DNA of 64,000 bases, taken from the NCBI GenBank assembly GCA_037146715.1, contig JBAWWO010000002.1, forward strand, positions 7,377-71,376. The letters run 5' to 3'. The position numbers and the translations under genes were made by a program. Numbering within the stretch: position 1 is the first letter of the stretch; every line of letters begins with the position of its first letter. Source of the stretch: Alphaproteobacteria bacterium. Its GTDB lineage: Bacteria > Pseudomonadota > Alphaproteobacteria > UBA7879 > UBA5542. Below, piece by piece: positions 8,538-18,179 of this stretch. The notes below the pieces were generated by a model. The model had not been told where the DNA came from and made no database searches. It was given only the letters and a program-made list of their open reading frames with translations.

Positions 8538-11500
8538 TCAAAAAGATAGATTTTCCGCAATTCCTTTACCTGTTTCGTGCATCCCTTCTGTCAAGAAAGT
8601 AGGTCCCTTCTGGTTCACAACATCATTGACTAGCAAGGTTGAAATAATTTCACGACGCAAGGGGTGGCGCATAATTTCATCTTTAAATTTCTGCTGAATG
8701 GGCACGGGGAAATAGCTCAGCAACGTTTCTTCTAAACGGGGTAGGTCCGGCAGGTCGGAGGCCAAAACCTCTTCATACGCAAACATCTTGGCATAGGCAA
8801 TTAGAACAGAGATTTCTGGCCGCGTCAGGCCAATGCCCGCTTTTTCTCGCTCTTCCATCTCTATGTCAGAAGGCAAAAATTCTGCCCCTCGGTTAAGGAT
8901 ACCCAGTCCCTCCAAAGTTGTAATGAATCGCCTTTGGACCCCAAGATTTTTAGCCCCCGAACTTTGAACTAAGCTGATGGCTTGATTTTGCAGATAGTTG
9001 TTCTGCAGAATCAGCTGGGTCACTTCATCCGCTACGTCCTTCAGAATTTGATCTCGTTCACCTAGGGTGATTTTTCCCTGATGCAACAAAGGTTGAAAAA
9101 GAATTTTCAAGTTTACTTCGTGATCTGAACAATCCACCCCCGCTGAGTTATCAATGGCATCTCGGTTCAGGGCGCCCCCCTTTAAAGCATATTCAATACG
9201 GCCCTTTTGGGTAAAGCCCAAGTTGGCCCCCTCCCCCACAATTTTACACTGCAGATCTTCCCCATTGATCCGCAAGGCATCATTGGTTTTATCCCCCACC
9301 TGCTGGTGGGTTTCGGAAGCACTTTTCACATAAGTCCCAATACCCCCCAACCATAACAAATCAACGGGAGCTTTTAACAAGGCCACAGCCAACTCATTAG
9401 GGGTCACCACATCCTTTGAAAAATCTAATAATGCCTGAATTTCTGGGGAAATTTTTAAAGTTTTGGCAGACCGTTCAAACACGGCCCCGCCCTTAGACAA
9501 GGCTTTTGGATCGTAATCATTCCAACCGGAACGGGGCAACTGAAACAAGCGCTGCCGTTCTGAAAAGCTTTTTTCTAAATCAGGGGTTGGGTCTATGAAA
9601 ATATGCGCATGATTAAAGGCCCCAATCATTTTAATGTTTTTAGAAAGCAACATGCCATTGCCAAAAACATCCCCTGACATGTCCCCCACACCCACAACTG
9701 TGAAAGGGGTTTTTGTTTCATCAACTCCCCTTTCTTGAAAATGTCGTTTAACTGATTCCCAGGCCCCGCGAGATGTAATCCCAATCTTTTTGTGGTCATA
9801 ACCCGCTGACCCGCCCGAGGCAAAAGCATCCCCCATCCAAAACCCATACTCAGCAGAAAGGCCATTGGCAATGTCTGAAAATGTGGCCGTTCCCTTGTCT
9901 GCAGCCACCACCAAATAGTGATCATCCGCGTCCCGGCGCTTAACTTGGGTAGGGGGAATTATTTGGCCATTCACCCAATTATCCGTCAGGTCTAACATTC
10001 CCCGAATCAGAGTCTTATAACAAAAGATAGCTTCCTGCTGTTTCTGATCATAGGAAAGATTATCTAAAGATTTTCTCACCACAAATCCGCCCTTGGCCCC
10101 CAGGGGAACAATCACAGAGTTCTTGACCATCTGGGCCTTCATCAGCTCAAGCACTTCTTTGCGGTAATCTTCCTTACGGTCAGACCATCTGATCCCTCCG
10201 CGGGCCACTTTGCCGCCCCGAAGGTGGATGCCTTCCATCCAAGTGGCGTACACAAAAATCTCATACATAGGCTTAATGTCGTCAGCTGTATCTAACAAAT
10301 CACTTTGAATCTTGAAAGACACATAATCTTTAGAAAACCCCGTCTTATCTTTTTGGAAATAATTGGTTCGAACGGTTCCTTGAATGACTGATAAAAACCC
10401 TTGCAAAATATGCTCATCACTGGCTAGGGTCACCTGATCAAAAGACTTTTCAATTTGATCAAAAATCTTTTTTTCATCTATTTCTGATTCCGGGGCAAAT
10501 CGGGCATAGAAAAAATCAACCAACTGGCGGGCGATATCCCCATATTTAACCAAGCAGGCCTCAACAATATCTGGGTCATGGACCCACTGAATCTGGGCCA
10601 TATATTTTAAATAGGCCCGCAAAATAACAACCTGACGAGCCGACAGATTTTCCGTCAAAATCAAAGCATTCAGTCCATCATTATCAATGCGCTTGAACCA
10701 AGCTTCCGTCAGCGCCTCAATCAAATGGGGGCGCACTTCATTCAGCTGAATAGCCTGCCCCGATTTTACCGAGGTTGATAAGTGGTGAATCCATAAAACC
10801 TTATCCCCCGTTGGCTGAACCTTATAGGCAGATTCCGTAAACACGTGCAGTCCAAAGTTTTCCAGAATCGGCAAAATATCGGAAAGAGCCAAAGCATAGT
10901 TAGGATTAAAAAATTTGAAATTAATAAAGTGGCCCTGGTCTCTTCCTGTTTCGTGAATTTGAATTTGTAAGGAATCCTGCTCTAAAGCTTGCCTTAAAGA
11001 ATCTAGATCCACAGCCGTTTCTTGCATAGAAAATTTTTCTTTATAGGATTCTGTAAAGGCATCCCCAAACAAATTCAACATTTCCTTAGCTGCCTTATGC
11101 CCCACCTGTTCTGATAAAAGATCCCCAAGGCGATCAATCCAACTAAGGGTATATTGGGAAAGCAGTTTTTCAACACTCCCCAAATCACAGGTAATGGTGC
11201 GGGATGATCGAATAGGGGTCGCAATGGTAATGTGGATCTGGGCAAATTCTAAATCACCCCCAATTTCCGTATGAAAGGACACAACAGACCCCTTTAAACA
11301 ATCCGCAATCATGGCAGAAATGGTTTTACGCAAGGTGGCTGAGTAACGATCTCGGGGAATATAAACTAAACAGGAAACAAAGTGCCCCAGAGTATCTGGT
11401 CGCACGAATAGGGCAACTTTTTGTCGGGTCTTAAGGTTTAGAATGTCCCGAACCATCCCGTACAATTTTTCAACATTTGTTTGAAAAACCTCGTCCCGAG

Positions 11501-12629
11501 GGAATGATTCCAGAACGTGCAAAAAGGCCTTTCCATCATGTCCCTCTGGTAACAAACCCGCCCGTTGCAAAACCTGTTTGGCTTTGCTTCTAAGTAACGG
11601 TATAGACTGAATACTTTGAGTATAAACCGATGAGGTAAACAACCCGAAAAATTGATGCTCCCCTGTCACTTTTCCCGATTCATCAAAATGGCTCAAGCGA
11701 ATCACATCCATAGGAACCGCCCGGTGAACCACAGATTTGACCATGGTTTTTGTAATACTTAAAGGGGATGCATCCTGCCCGGCTTGCTGTAGAATATCTG
11801 CTTCAGTTTGGGGATTATCCCCAAATAAAGCCCCTTTAAAATTTCTGAGAACACCCAGCTGGCAAGTAGCAGCATTATTTGAAAAATCATAAAACCGATA
11901 CCCCAAGAAAGTGAAATTTCCCTGGTCAATCCACCGTAAAAATTCTTGAATCTCGTTTGTTTCAGACTCGGCCAAAGACAAATCCAAGGGTAATTGAACA
12001 CTGGCCTTTTGATTTTGATCCCGCATTTTTTGCCAATCATTAACCGCGTGAGTCACTGCATCTAAAACGCACTTGAACTCGCCCGTCAAATCATCTATCT
12101 CAGCCTGATCCAACAAGTCATGAAGCTCAACAAAAATCAAAGATTCCGCCGATTTTTCCCCCTGCCCTGGTAAAGCAAAATCAATATCTGTAATGCTGCC
12201 TTTAGAATCCCGAACAACATGTAAAATCAAATGGGCAAAATTATGCACGGCTATTTTATGATTGTTCAGATAGGCAGAAATTGAATCCCCCAGAAAAGGA
12301 ATGTGGGGATGGGTAATTTCCACAATTGTATGTTCTAAAGATTGGGGAACATTCGAAAGAGCTGGGTTATAGACATGAACCCCTGAAGGACTTTTTTCTA
12401 AAGTTTCAAAGGCATGCGCCGCCAAATGATACAAAAGCTCCATATCATGGAATTCAAAATCTTCCAGGGAAAACTGCTGAAAGAAAAGGGAAACAAACTT
12501 TTGAAAAACACTAGACGCAGACTTTTCTTCTGCAATCTTCAAAATTTTCCCGATAAACTCATCCCTGAGAATTTTTTTTTGATTATCCTTCATGTTAATT
12601 TGAGGAGCCCTATTACAGACCATCTGCAC
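8538..12629 (-). CDS. NAD-specific glutamate dehydrogenase (large GDH family)
   Basis: 1363 aa. The catalytic core GGIRWSDRKEDYRKEVLELMKAQMVKNSVIVPLGAKGGFV matches the large NAD-GDH family. Length is consistent with that family, though somewhat shorter than the ~1600-aa forms. Confidence 0.85.
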   Translation of the reverse strand: MQMVCNRAPQINMKDNQKKILRDEFIGKILKIAEEKSASSVFQKFVSLFFQQFSLEDFEFHDMELLYHLAAHAFETLEKSPSGVHVYNPALSNVPQSLEHTIVEITHPHIPFLGDSISAYLNNHKIAVHNFAHLILHVVRDSKGSITDIDFALPGQGEKSAESLIFVELHDLLDQAEIDDLTGEFKCVLDAVTHAVNDWQKMRDQNQKASVQLPLDLSLAESETNEIQEFLRWIDQGNFTFLGYRFYDFSNNAATCQLGVLRNFKGALFGDNPQTEADILQQAGQDASPLSITKTMVKSVVHRAVPMDVIRLSHFDESGKVTGEHQFFGLFTSSVYTQSIQSIPLLRSKAKQVLQRAGLLPEGHDGKAFLHVLESFPRDEVFQTNVEKLYGMVRDILNLKTRQKVALFVRPDTLGHFVSCLVYIPRDRYSATLRKTISAMIADCLKGSVVSFHTEIGGDLEFAQIHITIATPIRSSRTITCDLGSVEKLLSQYTLSWIDRLGDLLSEQVGHKAAKEMLNLFGDAFTESYKEKFSMQETAVDLDSLRQALEQDSLQIQIHETGRDQGHFINFKFFNPNYALALSDILPILENFGLHVFTESAYKVQPTGDKVLWIHHLSTSVKSGQAIQLNEVRPHLIEALTEAWFKRIDNDGLNALILTENLSARQVVILRAYLKYMAQIQWVHDPDIVEACLVKYGDIARQLVDFFYARFAPESEIDEKKIFDQIEKSFDQVTLASDEHILQGFLSVIQGTVRTNYFQKDKTGFSKDYVSFKIQSDLLDTADDIKPMYEIFVYATWMEGIHLRGGKVARGGIRWSDRKEDYRKEVLELMKAQMVKNSVIVPLGAKGGFVVRKSLDNLSYDQKQQEAIFCYKTLIRGMLDLTDNWVNGQIIPPTQVKRRDADDHYLVVAADKGTATFSDIANGLSAEYGFWMGDAFASGGSAGYDHKKIGITSRGAWESVKRHFQERGVDETKTPFTVVGVGDMSGDVFGNGMLLSKNIKMIGAFNHAHIFIDPTPDLEKSFSERQRLFQLPRSGWNDYDPKALSKGGAVFERSAKTLKISPEIQALLDFSKDVVTPNELAVALLKAPVDLLWLGGIGTYVKSASETHQQVGDKTNDALRINGEDLQCKIVGEGANLGFTQKGRIEYALKGGALNRDAIDNSAGVDCSDHEVNLKILFQPLLHQGKITLGERDQILKDVADEVTQLILQNNYLQNQAISLVQSSGAKNLGVQRRFITTLEGLGILNRGAEFLPSDIEMEEREKAGIGLTRPEISVLIAYAKMFAYEEVLASDLPDLPRLEETLLSYFPVPIQQKFKDEIMRHPLRREIISTLLVNDVVNQKGPTFLTEGMHETGKGIAENLSF

Positions 12630-12636
12630 AATATTA

Positions 12637-12711
12637 TGGAGCGGGAAAAGGGGTTCGAACCCTCGACCCCAACCTTGGCAAGGTTGTGCTCTACCACTGA
12701 GCTATTCCCGC
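12637..12711 (-). tRNA. tRNA-Gly (GCC)
   Basis: The reverse complement folds as a cloverleaf: GCGGGAATAGCTCAGTGGTAGAGCACAACCTTGCCAAGGTTGGGGTCGAGGGTTCGAACCCCTTTTCCCGCTCCA. Anticodon is GCC and CCA is encoded. It is near-identical to E. coli tRNA-Gly2. Confidence 0.9.
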
Positions 12712-12839
12712 TTTCTAGTTATTGCCAGGATATTAGCATGATAAAAACTTTTTTCAAGATGATTCTTGGAGAATTTTAAGCAATCGAAAATTAACTTGAC
12801 CTTTCATATCAAAAGAAGCTAGAAATTATGACTTGTGCG

Positions 12840-12916
12840 GCGGGTGTAGCTCAGTTGGTTAGAGCGCCAGTTTGTGGTATTGGATGCCGTGGGTTCGAAT
12901 CCCATCATTCGCCCCA
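12840..12916 (+). tRNA. tRNA-His (GTG)
   Basis: GCGGGTGTAGCTCAGTTGGTTAGAGCGCCAGTTTGTGGTATTGGATGCCGTGGGTTCGAATCCCATCATTCGCCCCA. Anticodon loop TTGTGGT. Discriminator C with an extra 5' G at 12839 (G-1), which is characteristic of tRNA-His. CCA is encoded. Confidence 0.85.
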
Positions 12917-12942
12917 ATTTTACCATTTTTAAGGTCTGTAGG

Positions 12943-14202
12943 ATGTCTTCCCAAATTCCAAACAAAGTGATCACCTTCGGGTGTCGGTTGAATATCTACG
13001 AATCCCAGGTCATGCAAGACCTGATGGCTAAAGAGGGGCTGGGAAACACCATCCTCATCAACACCTGTGCTGTCACGGCTGAGGCTGAACGCCAGGCCCT
13101 GCAATCCATCCGCAAAGCCAAGCGCGAAAACCCCACCGCAAAAATCATTGTGACCGGATGTGCCGCCCAAATTAACCCTGAAAAATTTGCCGCCATGCCC
13201 GAGGTTGACCGGGTCCTCGGCAATCAAGAAAAGATGAAAGAAACCAGCTTTTTAGCCGAAATTCCCCAAAAAGTGTTGGTCAACGATATTATGTCCATCA
13301 AAGAAACCGCGACCCATTTGGTCAAAAGTTTTGATGGCAAGACCCGGGCATTCATGGAAATTCAGAACGGATGCAATCATCGCTGCACCTTTTGTATCAT
13401 CCCCTATGGTCGCGGCAACAGCCGCAGCGTTCCCTTGGGTGCTTTAGTTGATCAAACACGACTTCTTGTGGATCAGGGCTACCAAGAGATCATTCTAACG
13501 GGGGTTGATATCACCGCCTATGGGGAAGACCTGCCCGGCACCCCCACCCTGGGTAAAATGATACGCCGCCTTTTGACCAACGTACCCCAGCTAAAGCGTT
13601 TACGACTTTCATCCCTTGACCCCGTTGAGGTAGACGAGGATCTTTTCCAAGCCTTCGTTGATTTTCCCCAACTGGTGCCCCACGTTCACATTAGCTTGCA
13701 AGCCGGAGATGACCTGATTCTAAAGCGCATGAAGCGTCGCCATTTGCGACAGGATATCATAAATTTCTGCGACAAAATGCGCACCTTGCGCCCAGATATG
13801 GTCTTTGGTGCCGATGTGATTGCGGGCTTCCCAACGGAAACTGAGGATCAATTTCAAAACACTTATGATCTGTTAAAGGACCAGAAAATCAGCTACTTGC
13901 ATGTCTTTCCCTATTCACCCCGGCCGGGAACGCCTGCTGCCCGCATGCCTCAGGTTGAAAAAGCCACCATTAAAAATCGGGCTGCCCAGCTTAGAGCTTT
14001 AGGCAAAGAAAATTTGCATCACTTATTTCAGCAGTTACAGGGCCAGGTTTGTGAGATTTTGATTGAACGTGATCACACAGGCCGCACGGAACATTTTGCC
14101 CCCGTGAAACCCGATCAAACTTTAGAGCCTGGATCCTTAGCCAAGGTTGAAATTATAGGGATAGACGGTAATTTTCTATGTGGTAAAGTACTCTCAACAT
14201 GA
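12943..14202 (+). CDS. mtaB: tRNA threonylcarbamoyladenosine methylthiotransferase MtaB (radical SAM, MiaB-like)
   Basis: N-terminal VITFGCRLNIYESQVM (MTTase domain), radical-SAM CNHRCTFC motif and a TRAM-like C-terminus. The annotated ATG at 12874 would overlap tRNA-His, so I place the start at 12943. Confidence 0.8.
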   Translation: MSSQIPNKVITFGCRLNIYESQVMQDLMAKEGLGNTILINTCAVTAEAERQALQSIRKAKRENPTAKIIVTGCAAQINPEKFAAMPEVDRVLGNQEKMKETSFLAEIPQKVLVNDIMSIKETATHLVKSFDGKTRAFMEIQNGCNHRCTFCIIPYGRGNSRSVPLGALVDQTRLLVDQGYQEIILTGVDITAYGEDLPGTPTLGKMIRRLLTNVPQLKRLRLSSLDPVEVDEDLFQAFVDFPQLVPHVHISLQAGDDLILKRMKRRHLRQDIINFCDKMRTLRPDMVFGADVIAGFPTETEDQFQNTYDLLKDQKISYLHVFPYSPRPGTPAARMPQVEKATIKNRAAQLRALGKENLHHLFQQLQGQVCEILIERDHTGRTEHFAPVKPDQTLEPGSLAKVEIIGIDGNFLCGKVLST

Positions 14203-15131
14203 AAAAGTGGTTCCAAAGTTTAAAGCAAGGCCTTACAAAAACCTCAACCCATCTGGGGGAAGGTCTGAAGCAAGTTTTTGTTCAAAAAAAGTTAGCCCCA
14301 GAAAATCTGCAAGATCTGGAAGATGCACTGATTCAAGCCGATTTAGGACCCACCGTCAGCCGCTCCATCATTGAAAAACTGCGCACCGCCCGTTTTGATA
14401 AAGACGATGAAATGGCCGGCGCTCTGAATCTGATGGCGCAAGAAATTGAAAAAGCCCTGAAACCCTATGAAAAAACCCTTACTCCGGAAAAAGGCCGGGT
14501 GCCTTTTGCCATTTTGATGGCCGGTGTGAATGGCACCGGTAAAACCACCACCACCGCTAAGCTAGCCCACTTGTTTCAGGACCAAGGATACAAAATATCC
14601 ATGGCCGCCTGCGATACTTTCCGGGCAGCCGCTGTTGAACAGTTAGTCAGCTGGGGCAATAAATTAAACATTCCCGTTGTATCCAAACCCCATGGGGCTG
14701 ATGCGGCGGGCCTGGCCTATGAAGCCTATGAAAAAGCCCAGATCAACAAGGATGATATCGTCTTTTTTGATACGGCAGGGCGCTTGCACACCAATACAAA
14801 CTTGATGGAAGAACTATCCAAAATAACCCGAGTCCTGCAGAAAATAAACCCCAACCTGCCCCACGAAAGTATTTTGGTCATCGATGGCACCACGGGGCAG
14901 AACGCCTATCGCCAGGTTGAAGTTTATCAACAATCCATCAACATCACGGGCCTAATTGTCACCAAGCTAGACGGCACCGCCAAGGGTGGCATGATCGTGG
15001 GTCTGTGCGAGCGGTTTAAGCTGCCTCTTTACGCCCTAGGCGTTGGGGAGAAAATCACAGACCTTCAACCCTTTAACGCCCACAACTTTGCCCGCGCCCT
15101 TGTGGGGTTGGGAGACGATGATCGGCTATAG
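14199..15131 (+). CDS. ftsY: Signal recognition particle receptor FtsY
   Basis: SRP54-type GTPase motifs GVNGTGKTTT and DTAGR are present. The short N-terminal domain is typical of alphaproteobacterial FtsY. Confidence 0.9.
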   Translation: MKKWFQSLKQGLTKTSTHLGEGLKQVFVQKKLAPENLQDLEDALIQADLGPTVSRSIIEKLRTARFDKDDEMAGALNLMAQEIEKALKPYEKTLTPEKGRVPFAILMAGVNGTGKTTTTAKLAHLFQDQGYKISMAACDTFRAAAVEQLVSWGNKLNIPVVSKPHGADAAGLAYEAYEKAQINKDDIVFFDTAGRLHTNTNLMEELSKITRVLQKINPNLPHESILVIDGTTGQNAYRQVEVYQQSINITGLIVTKLDGTAKGGMIVGLCERFKLPLYALGVGEKITDLQPFNAHNFARALVGLGDDDRL

Positions 15132-15163
15132 CTTTTTTATTGCCACCGTTTTATAATACCCTT

Positions 15164-15967
15164 ATGACAAATCGGCTAAAAAATAAAATTGCTTTAGTAA
15201 CCGGTGCTGCCCGGGGCATTGGTCAGTCCATCGCTGAATCTTTCGTGCAAGAGGGTGCCCAGGTCATCATAACTGATATTGACGACGCCCCAGGCAAAGT
15301 CTTAGCCAAAACCCTTGGGAAAGGGACTGAATATTATCATTTAGACGTCAGCCAAGAATCCCATTGGGAAGCCCTCATGAAAACCCTGAAAGAAAAATTT
15401 GGGCGCTTAGATATTCTAGTGAACAACGCGGGTATTATTGGATTTGGCGGTCATTTTGGCCCCCAAAACCCAGAAGAATGTGCCCTGGCAGATTGGAACG
15501 CTGTTCACAAAATCAACATGGATGGCACCTTTTTGGGCTGCAAATACGGCATTGGTCTGATGAAAAAGCACGGGGGATCCATCATTAACATGTCTTCCCG
15601 CTCCGGCGTTGTGGGTATTCCCCACGCCGTTGCTTATGCCTCTAGCAAGGCCGCCATCCGCAATCACACGAAAAGTGTTGCCCTCTACTGTGCTGAAAAA
15701 AACTATGGGATTCGCTGCAATTCTATTCACCCCGCCGCTATCCTGACTCCCATGTGGGACGCCATGTTGGGCACAGGCCCTAGCCGCGCTAAAAACCTGA
15801 AAAATATTGAACGTGATATCCCGCTGAAACGCATGGGAACCCCACAGGAAGTGGCCCACTTGGCCGTGTTCTTAGCCTCTGATGAAGCTGTTTACATGAC
15901 TGGGGCTGAATTCACCATCGACGGCGGCATTTTAGCCGGCGCCTCTGCCGCCCCCACGACTGAGTAA
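15164..15967 (+). CDS. Short-chain dehydrogenase/reductase (SDR) family oxidoreductase
   Basis: TGAARGIGQ Rossmann motif, NNAG motif and the YASSK catalytic motif. The start could alternatively be 15140. Confidence 0.7.
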   Translation: MTNRLKNKIALVTGAARGIGQSIAESFVQEGAQVIITDIDDAPGKVLAKTLGKGTEYYHLDVSQESHWEALMKTLKEKFGRLDILVNNAGIIGFGGHFGPQNPEECALADWNAVHKINMDGTFLGCKYGIGLMKKHGGSIINMSSRSGVVGIPHAVAYASSKAAIRNHTKSVALYCAEKNYGIRCNSIHPAAILTPMWDAMLGTGPSRAKNLKNIERDIPLKRMGTPQEVAHLAVFLASDEAVYMTGAEFTIDGGILAGASAAPTTE

Positions 15968-16178
15968 GTCCAGGGCTATTTCATCTCTCCAGCATTCCTC
16001 AAGGGCCCATTCTATATTTAGAAAAATGAACCCTCGACTCAAAGCCGAGGATTCACAATGGTATATGCTCTTTTGAAAGATAGCCTTATAGGGCTTGATC
16101 AGGCTTCTCTGTCTGAGTACCCTGATCCCGAGTACCCTTCGGAGCAAGCTCTATAGGCTTGCCCCATGGATCCATTCC

Positions 16179-18062
16179 TTAATCCGCAGGGCCAGCACCT
16201 TCATTTTGTTTGCGTCTTTTTTCTGCGGCTTCAGCAACTCTTCTTTTAATTTCTTCATGAGACATAGGAGGCTCAACCGCCAATGCACGTTCTGCTCTTA
16301 GTCTTTCTTTTTCTTCGTCTGCCGCCAAAGAAGCCTGATAGGCTGCATCTTGTTGAGCCAGAATAGCACGTCTTTCCTCTAACGTTTCATGCACTGCACC
16401 CAATTGAGGAGATGCAGATCCTTTCATCTCCGCAAACTTAGCGGCCAATGCTGGTTTTAAATGACTCTCTTCTGCCTCTAAATCTTCTTTGATTAGTTCG
16501 GCATACGCCTTAGCTTGTCCTTCAAAAGTCTCGTTATGTTCCACCCCATATTCTTTTAAAGTCTTTTCCAAGAAATCCTTGTACAGTTGCCCCATGTCTT
16601 CAGGGGTTGTTTGCCGGGTTGCGCCTAATTCCACTAACTTTTGCGCCATCCAGGTTGCGTTCGCGGCGCTTTCTCCAAAATTAGATTGGGCCAGCAGTGC
16701 TTTCATTGTTGCAGGGCGCTCTGCTTGACCAAAAAGTTTATTGAGTTCTGGGTCAATGCCTCGCAGTCCTATCACAATACGTTCCCTGATACCCTTGATG
16801 CAGCTTGTGGGATTACGCCTATCTTCATAAGCCGTGATGGATTCTCCTATAAATTGCCTGGCCCATAGCTCTAGCGCAGCAGGATGGAAATCCTTAAGAA
16901 AGGCATAGACTTGACACAATTCCTTTTTAGCATGCTTTCCTTCCAATCCTGTGGCTATAGCCGTCTTAGCATTTTCTAATTCTTGACCGCTGTAAATTTT
17001 TGCAGCTAGAGCGTTCACTGCTGCAAAAGATTTTGCAAAATCCATTTTTACCTGCTTTCTTGCAAGCCTTGCTTGTATAGCCTCCAAAACCGCTTGATTG
17101 AGTCGTTTAGACTTAGGCGCTGCATCCGCAGGTCCTGCTACTTGAGTTTCTGCATAACGATGTACTTCAAACGCCCGTCCGGGGATGGCGACGGCGTGGT
17201 GGACAGTAGACCGGTAGGTGCCTTCAAGAATTTCTACCATCACACGACCTTCTGCGCCTTGCGTTTCTCCTCGTCCTTCAGCTTCTCCGTAAAGACGAAG
17301 CGTTTCAGTGACGCGAACCTCTCTATCAGCCGCAGGCACACGTGCGAGAGCGGTTATTGTACTGGCACAATCATATCCATGATTGGGACAATTATATTGC
17401 ATTCCACGGGTGATGAGTCTTTGAGCAGCGATACTAATCCCCTCTCTGTTAGCCGCAGGTACAGCTGCTAGAGCGGTTATTATATTGGCACGATTATATC
17501 CACTCATTGCAGCGGTGATGAGTCCGTGAGCAGCGCTACTAAAGCCCTCCCTCTCAGCCGCAGGCAGAGCTGCTAGAGTGATTATTATCTTCAGACGGAA
17601 ACTCAGTGCAGGGGTGATGAATTCACCCATTGCATCGGTGATGAGTGTTTCAGCAGTGATAATAAAGCCCTCCCTCTCATCCACAGGCACAGCTGCTAGA
17701 GCGGTTATTATTGCAGATTGGTCAAATCCATTCATTGCAGAGGTGATGAGTCTTTGAGCAGCGCTACTAATGCCATCCCTCTCATCCGCAGGCACAGCTG
17801 CTAGAGCGGTTATTATTGCAGATCGGTCAAATCCACTCATTGCAGCGGTGATGAGGCTTTGAGCAGCGCTAATAAAGCCATCCACCTCAGCCGCAGGCAC
17901 AGCTGCTAGAGCGGTTATTATATTGGCACGATCATATCCATTCATTGCATGGGTGATGAGTTTTTTAGCAGCCTCTTCACTCGTCAAATCGTACGCAGCA
18001 GAATGACCCTGCTGACTTAAAGCTAAACTAAAAAGAACCGTATAGAAAAACTTAGTATGCAT
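16179..18062 (-). CDS. Secreted tandem-repeat protein: signal peptide, N-terminal 35-aa alpha-helical repeats, coiled-coil C-terminal tail
   Basis: Signal peptide MHTKFFYTVLFSLALSQQGHSAA. The unit AIITALAAVPAxEReGisSAAQrLITsAMnGFDxS recurs over the N-terminal 260 aa, and the DNA shows about six 105-bp repeat units at 17330-17995. The rest is a non-repetitive middle domain plus a Glu/Arg/Lys-rich tail. No homolog recognised. Confidence 0.6.
   Translation of the reverse strand: MHTKFFYTVLFSLALSQQGHSAAYDLTSEEAAKKLITHAMNGYDRANIITALAAVPAAEVDGFISAAQSLITAAMSGFDRSAIITALAAVPADERDGISSAAQRLITSAMNGFDQSAIITALAAVPVDEREGFIITAETLITDAMGEFITPALSFRLKIIITLAALPAAEREGFSSAAHGLITAAMSGYNRANIITALAAVPAANREGISIAAQRLITRGMQYNCPNHGYDCASTITALARVPAADREVRVTETLRLYGEAEGRGETQGAEGRVMVEILEGTYRSTVHHAVAIPGRAFEVHRYAETQVAGPADAAPKSKRLNQAVLEAIQARLARKQVKMDFAKSFAAVNALAAKIYSGQELENAKTAIATGLEGKHAKKELCQVYAFLKDFHPAALELWARQFIGESITAYEDRRNPTSCIKGIRERIVIGLRGIDPELNKLFGQAERPATMKALLAQSNFGESAANATWMAQKLVELGATRQTTPEDMGQLYKDFLEKTLKEYGVEHNETFEGQAKAYAELIKEDLEAEESHLKPALAAKFAEMKGSASPQLGAVHETLEERRAILAQQDAAYQASLAADEEKERLRAERALAVEPPMSHEEIKRRVAEAAEKRRKQNEGAGPAD
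17330..17995. repeat. Intragenic tandem 105-bp repeats, about six units
   Basis: The unit 'cgcaggcacagctgctagagcggttattat...cattgcagcggtgatgag...gagcagcgctactaa.gcc.tccctctca.c' repeats with 80-95% identity. Confidence 0.6.
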
Positions 18063-18179
18063 TTTAAACCTCTAAAAAAATTACTCCGGCAAATATATGG
18101 AGGATGTGAAATTAAATTGCAAGGGAATAATTGTATATGTATAGGTTCACATAATATGTCACCCTCAAGCCACAAAAGG

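Noticed and set aside
9626-9925. Internal antisense small ORFs within gdh and uvrA (e.g. 9626-9925, 11759-12040, 42955-43143, 44710-44913)
   Set aside because: They are fully embedded opposite well-supported long conserved genes, and there is no independent evidence for them.
8538-12629. Possibility that the NAD-GDH gene is 5'-truncated (1363 aa versus about 1600 aa typical)
   Set aside because: The frame is intact to within 8 nt of the upstream tRNA-Gly, and the catalytic core is complete. Length variation in the N-terminal regulatory region is known in this family. This cannot be resolved without alignment.
12874-12942. Annotated ATG start of the mtaB ORF at 12874, overlapping tRNA-His
   Set aside because: It would place the first 23 codons inside the tRNA gene. 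The conserved MTTase N-terminus (MSSQIPNKVITFGC…) begins at the ATG at 12943, so the longer ORF is an artefact of longest-ORF calling.
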